A stretch of DNA of 64,000 nucleotides from Eukaryota sp. GEM-RC1 (lineage: Eukaryota), in NCBI GenBank assembly GCA_040285855.1, contig JAUFOQ010000017.1:496001-560000 (forward strand), given 5' to 3'. This document shows, in pieces, positions 34,389-45,128 of the stretch (position 1 is its first letter; every line of letters begins with the position of its first letter). Under the pieces are notes generated by a model. The model did not search any database. It was given only the letters and a program-made list of their open reading frames with translations, and had not been told where the DNA came from. The position numbers were made by a program, and so were the translations under genes.

Positions 34389-37300
34389 TTAATTTCTTCC
34401 AAATGATTGTCGAAGTTGTTTCAATTGCTCCAACGCTTGACTTGTTAATAGAGATCTTTTCTTATCCTCTTTCACATTCTTATGAGTAAGTTCATTGTTG
34501 GAGAATAAATTAATTAATTCTTCAGATAATTCATTTGATAATTGCATGTGTTCTGAATTAGTAAAAGGTAAATGCTGTGAGTTAACAAGAGAATTGTTGA
34601 ATAAATGCTCAACTAAGAACCGTTGACCAGTAAGCAATTTCTTTCTAAAATTTAAAATTTTCGGAATTGTCCCTTTTGGATCACTAATTAATCGTCGATG
34701 ACTAAGAGAGGCAACTACAACTTCAATTTGATGTAAATCGTCCATTTCCTCAGCAGTCACGTGATCTCCTCCAATCAAAAACGCCACCACTTGCCCCATA
34801 TTCATTGACAAGGGCAACAACGAGTTCAGACTTGAATAAATACGAACATCGTCATCATGAACAATTCCCACCAACGACATCCGAGTAGAAATTCCACAGT
34901 AACCTTCAGCCAACACATTGAATGAAGATCTTGGTGGGAGTGAAACCGCGTGACAAAGGGAAGAAAGATCAATCTTGAACTCAGAGAAAGACCTGAGAAT
35001 CGACACTGGAACCGTTGGGGTGGCTTCTATTGGAGGAAGTAAGATGTCCATGGAAGGAAGATAGGGGAAGAGCTGGGAGGAAGTGGCTGTGGCTTTGTAA
35101 CATGGAAACTTAGCAAGACGTTGGATGTTGTCAGAATAAGCAGATGGTGGATTTAATGAAATATTAAATTTTTTCAGAAATTCAGGTGCTGACGACATTG
35201 TTATAACTGAACTCAATGAATAATCCAACGGGAAAACAGTTGCCTTTTCACAAATCGAATGATTTAACAGCTGATGGGAAATATTAGCAGTGTCTTCAGA
35301 GTTAATTAGAATGGCACTTTCCTGAGCATCAAATCCTTTCTCCATTAAAACTCTAAAATACTTAGGATCACCAGGGACAGATCGAAGAACGAACAGATTA
35401 GAACAACAGGAAATTGATAAAAGAGCAATTAAAAGAATTGATTGTTTGTATGACGTAGTTGATTGACTGAGATAGGAGTGGGTGACGTCAGATGATTTCA
35501 TTTGTCTGGAGGTGTGTAGAACATTTGGAAAGGAGAAGTTATCATCAAAAATCATCTCCTCGTTATCAAAAGAGACCTTGATTCGACGAATATGTGAATC
35601 ATCAGGGGCTAATGACAAGGAAAGTCTTGATAGTGATTTCTGAAGGTAGTAGACTTTTTGATCTAATGCTCGCATCGACTTCCAGTCAATAAAAGAATTT
35701 GCACGGAGCCATTCCACTTCATCCTCGACTGAATGGAAATTTTTAAAATTTGCACGCCAACTTTTGTACATGTTTAAATGTGCGATGTGATCTGAACGAA
35801 TACCATTCGACATTTTGCACAATTTTTCAAATATTTGAACTGGGAACTGAAAAGGGGGAAATTTGTAGAACGACAAAGCTGCAATTATTATTCCATCATT
35901 TAAGCAATCAAAAGAAAACAATTGGAAATGAAACGCGACATTTCAATAGAAATTCCAACAGAATTTACAAATTTTCCATAATTTTTGAGGAAATATTTCG
36001 GTTTGAGCCCCGAAACATCATCTGATTCTTGTACGAGTTCTCCAATACAATCAACCTTTTTTAAATTTTTCAAAAATGCTTGTACCAACGTTGGCCGAGG
36101 AGGAATTGGAAGTTTAGAGAGAAAATACGCTGGATCAATTTCAAAAGTTTCCAGAATTTTCAAAATTGTTTTATCCAGCTCAACAAGCTCAGAACAACTT
36201 GGCTGAGAGTCTGGTAATTTCCTAGCGAATTCAGCAGGAATGAGTCTGAAGCATACCTTATCCTCGAAATTTTCCGTTTTTAAATTTCGCTGAATTCTAG
36301 AACTGCGACTATTAAGTACAGCTCTAGAGCAAAATCTTCGTTGAGTTTGTTCAGCTTTAGTTTCCATATTGAACAAGGAAAAGTTTTCCAAACATGTATC
36401 AATAACAAATTTTAAATTTTTGAAAAGAGTCCCTCCGCAATGGAGGTAGCAAAGATTATTTGAATTTTATCTGGAGCATTCGAAATTCCCAATGATTTTT
36501 GAATTTCTCCATTTGATGAATCCTGAGTACACGTGACTAGCTCAAAATTATTTAAAAATTGTTCGGATGACGACAGAAGCGCCTGCAAATAAAACATTTG
36601 AGAAGTAGATGCTAAAAAGATCAAAATTGATTCCCCATTTTTGATCTCTTCATTTTGAGCTAAATCAGAAATGATTGCGAGGATCACGTCATTCAAAACT
36701 TCAGTTTTCGGTCCACTTGAACCTAGTTTAAACTTGGAATCCAACGGAACCTTTCTCCTAATATTAATTGGCAAGTCCTCAATATATTTAATTTTGGGCA
36801 AATTATTCCTTTTCCCAAAAGAAACTCTCCAAAAGGTATATCAAAAACCTGGACACATCTGAATGGTTACAGTCTGATAAACACAAAAGTTTTAAATGTT
36901 CATGTACCGAACTAATAATTTTAAAAAAGTCCAAAAGCCAAATTCATGGAAAAATCGAAGAAATGAAAATCATCAAATAAAACAAACCCAAAACTTAGAA
37001 AAGATTCAGTTTTGACAAAATTTAAAAATGACGAATACGTGATATAAACAATTGGACACACATCTGAATACTTTTTTAATTTTCTCGTAATAATTCCAAC
37101 ATCTGTGCCCAAAGTCCAACCTCGCAAAGAACACAAATACGTGGCATTTTGAACTGCCCATAATCCATGACGTTTTACGACAATAATCTTTCCAAACTCC
37201 TTACTTAATCCTTGTTCGTTATCAACAATCATTTGGGGAATGATTGTTGACTTTCCATGACCCTTGACAAAAGTCAATCGATACTTCCTTAAACATTCAC

Positions 37301-38057
37301 TTAGAAAAGCTCTAGTGATTGAGTTATAGTAGTTCTTGGCAACTGTTTCAGTATGATTCTCGTCAATTAGATCAGTACGGTAACCTAAATGAGAGGAATT
37401 ACGTTGTACAACGTCGATTTCACTGGTCGAAAGTGGCGGAGCTTCAATATTAGGTAGTTTAATGACAATATTAGCCCACATATCATTAATATACTGCCTT
37501 ACAAAGGTCTTTCCCCAATCTGTGAGAAACAAGGGTCCATTAGTATCAACTTTAATTCTGTTATAGCAAACACCTAGAACAATGACATAAGTGTCTGGAA
37601 TGTGGAACTTGTCCCGTAACACAGGTATCAAAGAGATCTCTGCATGGTGACGATAGAGACGTGGGAGAGAGGAAACAAGAAGAGAGGAGAGAGAGCAGCG
37701 GATGTCATCACGGAATCTTCTCGTGAGTTGAGCACCTTGGACAATGCCTTCCTGGCTTATACCTAAGAAGAGAAGTCCTCCTGCGGAGTTCAGAAAGGAG
37801 TTGAAGTGGATGGATAAGGATTTTTCAATGAATTTGAGCATTGTAAAAGAATCAGCTGGTAGAATAGGTTTAAAGGCTAGTTGTTCTGATTCGGGGTAAG
37901 GGAAATTGTAATCAATAGTATAAGAACGAGGAAGATATTTCGGATGTGGTGAAGAAGCATCAAAACTAGATGGTTCCAATGAAATGATGGCTGTATGGTC
38001 ACCGGTTGGAGTTATAGAACTTTGCAGAAGTGGAAAGAGAGCGGAGATGTACATCAT
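34389..38057 (-). CDS. Schlafen AlbA_2 domain fused to a degenerate DEAH/RHA-family RNA helicase (several apparent frameshifts)
   Basis: ESEQLAFK...SFLNSAGGLLFLGISQEGIVQG (AlbA_2); GKSTIIPQ, RGWTLGTDVG, LFDDFH, GESILIFL, IIFATSIAE, FVID, SRSSRIQR, VCFRL and SDHIAHLNMY (RHA core, HA2/OB region). Confidence 0.72.
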
Positions 38058-38749
38058 TTCAACGGAATTTAACGAATTTGAATGACAATGAGTGAATGTA
38101 TGTCAAATTCCCTTCATGTTGTGACATCATTATGTAGTTATCTTGATTCGATTTTAAGCTGTCTCTTTGCATTGAGACGTGAATGTGAGATGATGAAGAG
38201 GTATTGGTCTCATTTCTGAATATTGATGGTCTTCTTTATCTGTAATTTTAATGAAATGGCGTTTATTAAAGATGCACCTAGACGGAGTTTAGCTAAACGA
38301 AGTTTTACTAGTCGGGAGTTTTAACACGTGATTACATCTCTTTTCTTCACGTTTCTCCTCTCATCTATTGTTACAAATACAAATCCAAATCTTATTATAA
38401 ACAATTCAATTAAACGACTGTTTAATACCCTTACACAATTGTTGATTGAGTACGGTAGAAATACTTCTTGGCTGATCAACAACTTCTACTAATTCTGCAT
38501 TTTGGTCAATCTCTTGGGTTAAAAATGGGATTGTTTTGTAAACTGAAAGGACCTGGTAACAAGCTCAAGAACTTCCAAAGAGTCATAAAGGAACAGTCTT
38601 TACAGAAAAAGGGGACCAACACGTCCTTGGTTCCAATTGTGTTGTTGAACAAAAAACCACTGTTTGTATTAAATTACGTTGCTGTTGATGATGTCAAATA
38701 TATATATAATCAAATATATTAGAATTTATTAATATAGGGGTAGATTCAA

Positions 38750-40027
38750 TCAAAAGGAGGCGTCATATTCCAACTTTTTAAGTACAGACTCAACATTTCG
38801 ATCAAGTGAAGTCATCGAAACTGCTCCAACACAATTACTATCAGAAAACACTGCTAAACTAGAAACTGTAAGAGAAGCTTCGTCAACAACAGACCTACAG
38901 ATAACAGGCAGGGTCTGAACATTATTAGCTATTTTATCAGTAAACACTAATAAATGAGAAATCAATTGCATAATCTCACCCAAGTTTCGAGTAAGTTGAT
39001 GGGAAAGACTCTGTTGACAACGTAGGAATGGACAAAAAACAGATCGGAACAACTTGAAAAGAAGGATTAATTTAAAGGGATTATTAAAAATAAATAAACT
39101 TTTAAACTTTCTTAATGAATGGGATTGAGACAGCTCTGAGAGTTGTTCCAATTGTGATTTCATTTCCTGTGAGAAATTGTCGAAAATCAATTTCCAATTA
39201 TCTTCTTCCATCAAAACATTACCCTTCTCGACATTAAAATTTGAAAATTTCGTCAAATAATCAATTGCCAATAATTCCACCCACTCCTTAAACTCTTCAG
39301 ATAATCCACTAAGTAAAGGCGAGGATGAATAGAGACAGGCTACAGCCTCTTGTGTGGGATTGGAGTCGAAGATAGCTGACAAGTTGAGAGGTTGAGAGAA
39401 GAAGGTGGCGATTATGTGACGTAGGAGAGAAATGGTGAAGGTAATGTAGAATGTTTTTCCAAAGATTCCTACAGCGTAGTAGAGTACGTCTTGGAGGTGT
39501 TTCTGATCTCCACTGAGAGCTATAGAAAGTAGAAAGAGAACGAAGCTGGAAGAGGAAAGAGAAAGAGAGAGCTTAAGGGAAGGGAAGAAGGGTGGATCGG
39601 AGTCTGACCATGAGGGGAACAGGAGTGAGAGAGAAGGAGATGAATAGAGAGCCATTGAACAGCGGAGCAGCTGAAAGTAGGAATGACGAGAATAGAAACG
39701 AAACGATGTGGGAAGGGTGGGATTTGTATAACATTTGAATGAAAAGATGGATACCAGGTTGGTAGAGAAGAAGACCAGGTGGTTTAAGTTGAGATGTTTG
39801 GCCCATGTTGATTTATCGTGATACTGTGGTTTAAAGGAAATGCAGCGTGAGAAAGTGAAACCACATATTGAGTATAGGATCGGGCAAAAGAACAAGAATA
39901 AAAGATATGGAACACGAAGTTGACGAAACACATATAAACAGACAGAACTAAAGAAAAACAATAAAATAAACCAGAAGAGAGAGGCACCGAAACGCCAGGT
40001 CTTAATGGTGGAAAGAGAGTCAGCCAT
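38750..40027 (-). CDS. Multi-pass membrane protein, possibly NDC1-like nucleoporin
   Basis: Several N-terminal hydrophobic helices, then a helical soluble domain (LAIDYL...NWKLIF); NDC1 resemblance is weak. Confidence 0.45.
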   Translation of the reverse strand: MADSLSTIKTWRFGASLFWFILLFFFSSVCLYVFRQLRVPYLLFLFFCPILYSICGFTFSRCISFKPQYHDKSTWAKHLNLNHLVFFSTNLVSIFSFKCYTNPTLPTSFRFYSRHSYFQLLRCSMALYSSPSLSLLFPSWSDSDPPFFPSLKLSLSLSSSSFVLFLLSIALSGDQKHLQDVLYYAVGIFGKTFYITFTISLLRHIIATFFSQPLNLSAIFDSNPTQEAVACLYSSSPLLSGLSEEFKEWVELLAIDYLTKFSNFNVEKGNVLMEEDNWKLIFDNFSQEMKSQLEQLSELSQSHSLRKFKSLFIFNNPFKLILLFKLFRSVFCPFLRCQQSLSHQLTRNLGEIMQLISHLLVFTDKIANNVQTLPVICRSVVDEASLTVSSLAVFSDSNCVGAVSMTSLDRNVESVLKKLEYDASF

Positions 40028-40255
40028 GGAAGAAGAAGGCAAAATAGGCTCTGCAGTTTCATTTTGGATCACACTTTCTCAAAAATCCTTTTTTATATGT
40101 ATTTTTGTGCCCTTCAATGATAAACTTCTTTTTCTCAAATTCTCCTATTAAACTAACATATACGGTGCAAGTAGAAATTTCGACAGCTCTATTTGCTCTC
40201 AGTATTTTCTATGGAAAAAAAGCGATGTGAGTTTTAATGGCAGTGAATATTGCTT

Positions 40256-41486
40256 CATTTTGGTGGTATTGGTTTTTACCAAATCATCAATTCCTTGCAA
40301 ATCTGCTTTTTTAGGCGGTGGAAAAAATTTCATTTTTGAATTTGTTAATCGATTTCCTAATGATATTTCACTTATTAACCCCAATTGATGTAAATGTTTA
40401 TTTGACTTAAACGAGGCGTTAATCAAATTACCTTTTGACGTTTGGTCTCAGTGTTTCCCAGAATCTGTGTCTGAAATACCTGAAAGATGTTTAACTAATC
40501 TTCAGTTCTGTCTGAAAAAATTACAACAGAAACTTACAAATATTTTTGAAAGTTTGGATTATAATGTTCGACTTGGCATGGCCAAGGAAAATAATCCCGC
40601 TTTTGCAAATTTCTTTAACGGATGTTTCTAATAGCTCTGCTTCATGTCTGATTACTCAAATCCCTCAAGTTTACGGTTTTCTTCTTGATGATAACTCTTG
40701 GTCATTAAACATGCGTTTACGGTCATATATTTGGCCTGATAACCTTCCACATAATTTGAAACGCAAATGTGGGCAATCTGTAACACCTACACATTTATTG
40801 AATTGTAACCGTTTTATTTCTTTTAGAAGTAAGGTTCATGATTCAGTAAGGGATCAATTATATTGTATGTGTAAATCTTATGGAATAGTTTCCTTTTTAG
40901 AACCAGTTCTGGCTAGTTTGTTTGATGATACAGATGTTGACAAATCGTTTGGAAATAGCCGTGGTGAAGTCATATTTCCTGGTCTCGATGGATCTTTCAT
41001 TATTGCTGATGTTATGTCTATCGATGTTTGTAATGATTCCAACAAGAAACTTGCTAAATCTAATGCTAAAAACCCCTTATTGATTGGTGAAAAATTTAAA
41101 ATGCAAAAATATTGTGCTAAATTGAAATTATTGAATTCGGCTTCACACTCGAATTACTTGTTGTACCCTTTTGTATTTTCACTATACGGTTCTTTAGGTG
41201 AATCTGTATCATCATTACTTGAAATCTTTGTGAAGATTGTAAAAGAAAAAACATCTAGAACTTTTGATCTTAGATTTTGGAAAAATCGAATCGTGTTTGC
41301 TATCTTTAAAGGTATGGTCACTTCTGTATCTAGCGCTTTATTATCTCTTGGCAGACATTATGAAGATAAGGTAGGTGAAAATTTCCAGTTAGGCAATCTG
41401 GACTTTGAGGATATTGATTATTAGATGTATGTACACTGTAGTGTTATTCTCTATTACATTTAGAATAAATAATTCGTTATAAAAAA
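40256..41486 (+). mobile_element. 5'-truncated CRE-like (RLE) non-LTR retrotransposon, family C, poly(A)-tailed
   Basis: MRLR, CGQ...HLLNC, HDSVRD, LEP, IIADV, E..K..KY and YPFVFSLYGSLG; short A tail; 14-bp TSD agtgaatattgctt (40242-40255, 41487-41500). Confidence 0.92.
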
Positions 41487-42148
41487 AGTGAATATTGCTT
41501 TAGTGACATTGAGTTCTAGTTTTTGTATTTACATCTCTTACTTTTTATGTTCCATAAACTTTTAAAAGGAAGTTTAAATAGAATAAGAACTACACACTGT
41601 GTCCTAGCATGTCATGAAAATGCATCAAAACTACAACAATAAATCTAATTTATTCATTTCAAGAATTTTCCCATAGAATATTCAATTCTGTTGATAAATC
41701 CTGTATACTGACCCAATAAGACCGGTCCGACACCTGGTCATATTGGGAGGGTAAACTGTACATATACAGTCCATCATCGTTATAGTTGTACATGGATGAA
41801 CACTGCTGTACTCTTTGCAATTCCTATAACACTAAGTACACTACACTTCAGCAGTGGATGAGACTTTGGGACTGCCAAGCACCCGAGGAACGTACTGTTC
41901 GAATAGCTGCCAATAATGTTGGAGCTACATTTTTGATTGATCTATACTTTCAATGGACCCCACTATTGGAATTAAAGGATCATTAAAAAAACAGATCTCG
42001 AAGAGTAGAGTTTTCATAACGTAGCAAAAGATGTTCCTACGAAATGCTTCAAAAGCACAAACCAAACTTCATTAAATCAACAAGAACCATTATATGCTTA
42101 AGTCTTTTAAGTTTATTACATAAACACTGTTATACAGACACTCTAAAA

Positions 42149-42796
42149 TTAGAAAATTTTGCGCACTCTTCCGGGTAAAATGTGGGGACCAGGATTTGCG
42201 TCATAGGCTCCATAACCGAAAATAACACCAACAACAAGTTTGTGATCCTGAGGAATTGATAGCTTTTCCTTGATGATTGGATGCTTATCATTGGAGACAA
42301 GATATCCGATAGTACATGAGTCGAGTCCCTCAAACTTGGCTTGGAGAAGCATGTTCTGGACAGCAACTCCGCCATCCAAGTCAGAAAATCCAGGGACTAA
42401 TCGTTGGGAATGAACATATACAACAATTGGAGCACTAGAGTTAGGTCAAGACAAGGTGAATAAACTCATAGAAGATGTTACTGGAGGGGTCTTCAGTGAT
42501 GATGTCACTGATAGCCTTGTTCAGTTTCTTGTTTCTAGACACGGTGAACATAATCTCCTGACGTCCTGGTGTTAACGGATTGGAATCAATATACCCATAG
42601 CAGACGGTGCTCTGAGTCCAGCATGGAGAACACGGTTAAAGACGTCTTCAGACACAGGTTGATCAAGATATTCTCGGATACTACGTCTGTATTCAATGAC
42701 TTCAGTCACTGTATAGTTACGATTAACATCAGAAAACGTCAAGGAGTGAGCGAATGCCAGCGCTACAAGAGCAGAAATTAGAAGAAGTCTTTGCAT
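42149..42796 (-). CDS. Nitroreductase family protein with N-terminal signal peptide (introns 42566-42594 and 42435-42465)
   Basis: RRSIREY, RAPSAMGRQ, IFYDAP, DGGVAVQNMLLQA..EGLDSC.IG and FGY; two GT-AG introns (29 and 31 nt) give a continuous frame. Confidence 0.9.
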
Positions 42797-42837
42797 CAGA
42801 ATAATTGATTACAGAGATTGCATTCAGTAATTGCTAA

Positions 42838-43010
42838 CACGCGTGTTCGCATCATGCAAATAACCTGGGCATGACGTCATGACATATGCGTGTCACGACA
42901 ACCGGTTATGACGTTAGTGTTTTTTTTGAAGACTTATGACATCATTTAATGATAATTAATTACAGTGAATAAACCAGAATCAACTGAATCTTTTGCCGCG
43001 TGACGTTTTG
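42838..43010. promoter_or_regulatory. Cluster of TGACG/TGACA (cAMP-response-element/ATF-like) motifs upstream of the nitroreductase
   Basis: Perfect palindrome CATGACGTCATG (42870-42881), palindrome ACACGCGTGT, plus GTGTCACGAC, ATGACGTT, ATGACATCAT and CGTGACGT. Confidence 0.4.
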
Positions 43011-43502
43011 CAATCAAACTCTCTACCGCAATGCAGTTACATTCTGACATTTTCTGATATTCCTTTCTCATATCGGTCGTTGAAATAAACCCTAAACTTC
43101 AGGATGCAGGACTTGAGCGGCGATGAGCGTGAGGAATAGCTTTTTAGTTTAAGAGAATGAATAGATGATGATGATGTGGCAACAAATACCGTCATATCAC
43201 TTAGAGCGGAAATAATTGCAGGAGCAGTACAGTCATTGTATTGTTCATATACATTGACGTATCATTTCTTTGAGGTAATGTGTGGAATAACAATAGTGGC
43301 CTTACCCAGAAGAATCCTCTTAATAAAATCAACTGTTTATAACGGAAAAAGGAAGCTGTTGATCGTGGATCGAGTTTTGTAGACAATTCACAGTCGTTAA
43401 AATACACTGTTTATATACAGGCACTGATATCAAAGAGCTAAAAATGGGTTAAACATCAGAAACACGTCAGAACAAATAGCATAATAACTTAAACTTCAAG
43501 AT

Positions 43503-44277
43503 TTAGAGACTGGGAAAGAGATAATCAATAGAATAGGTTGATCCAGATCTCTGGAATTTTAATGATGACGTGTTCAAAGTCTTTGAATCAGACTCCATAG
43601 AAATGGAAAGTTCTGCAGATTGGATCGTACATGTCAACGTAATGACACTATGAGAGTCACGTACATCAAGATAGCGTAGATGAAATCGTAATACTTGATG
43701 AGTCACTACTAGTTGAATCTCTTTTCGTCCAGAAAACTGTTTTGGAAATACCTTTGGATTCACTCCTGTCACAAACTCGTGTTGAAGAACATATCCATCA
43801 CGAGATCCAAAAAAGACAACGTTTAAAGAAAATGGGCGGATCAATTGCTGTGACGTTGACAGTCTACCATCATACTCTCCTATACCGAAGTAAGCGAATG
43901 GTCCGTTGAGATCACTTGTAAGGAAGAAAGACAGAGGATGTGTATGTGTTTGCAAGAGTTCAGCCTCTGCCCAAACATCATCCCTCTCCATAATATTCAG
44001 AGGTGAGGGAGAGTCTAGACTTACTAATGGGTATATCTGAAGACACATTAATGAAATAGGCAGTATTCATCAGGAACCCATCCGATTTAGGTTGGAGTTG
44101 AACGGCAAACTTGGATTGTGTATGTGCAAGAACTAACATTGAGGGTAGAGGGTTGTATCGACCGCCTTCATCTACTGTGGAGTAAGCCAAACGCAACTGA
44201 TGCGACGTATTTGGAAACAATTGCGTAATTGAAGAAGTCGGAAGCAGCCGAACTAGCAGTAACAAGCAGCAACACAT
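43503..44277 (-). CDS. Hypothetical secreted protein (one apparent frameshift)
   Basis: Two overlapping ORFs; signal-peptide-like start MCCCLLLLVRLL. Confidence 0.45.
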
Positions 44278-45128
44278 TGATTAGAAGAGCATACATCACT
44301 TGGAATATAATTCACTCACGAAACATTGTTTGATTTTGAGATTAGAGCACGAATCTTTATCAGTTTGTTCTGAAGTCGAACACATGTGGGATGTAGTTGA
44401 TTGCTTCTTCATTACGCACAACGGGAATACCGCCGTCAGTTTTATGACTGAGTGTCAATACTTAGATGATAATGAGATGAATACACGTAGTACCAACAAC
44501 CATTTGGCTGAATCCTAATGTTCTTGTTATCTGTCAAAAAAATTCATTCGATGACTTTATTGAGTAGACATTTGGTTTAATGATTGCTGGATTCATTAGG
44601 GCAAGTCTGAACTGTCAGACTGGCCAATCTAACAATGGAAAAAGAAGAAGTCATACAAACATACTCTTCTATATTGAATTAAAATGGAAATATTTGAAAA
44701 AAATGGTTCAGTACTGAGTGTGACACACCGTTTATTGAAACACAAACAATAATACACCATCGACACACTAATAGAGCAACAAACAGTTAGGACTATTAGA
44801 CATTTGGGAAAAAACAAAGCAATAGATTCTGGCAGGGAAAGGCACAACCTTCGATACCTTTTTTCCGTATATTCCAAACAGGTATTACATTGTTTGCAAA
44901 CAACACTACATGCAATCTTTTGATTTTTTGAAAAAGGTATGACTCGAAACGAAGCGAAAATTTCAAAATAAGTAGAGTTCTAGTCCAGAAGTCAATCAAA
45001 ACAGAATTCAGAAAGGGTGGATATTACGAATTTTCTTCACCTTTAATTCAAAAATCTTACAGTTGATCTAATGTTAAAACATCTGGATAACACATATAAA
45101 TGTTGCAAAGAAACAACGAAACAATAAA

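Noticed and set aside
44600..45000. Possible further decayed retroelement fragment
   Set aside because: Only vague resemblance; no convincing motif, tail or TSD.
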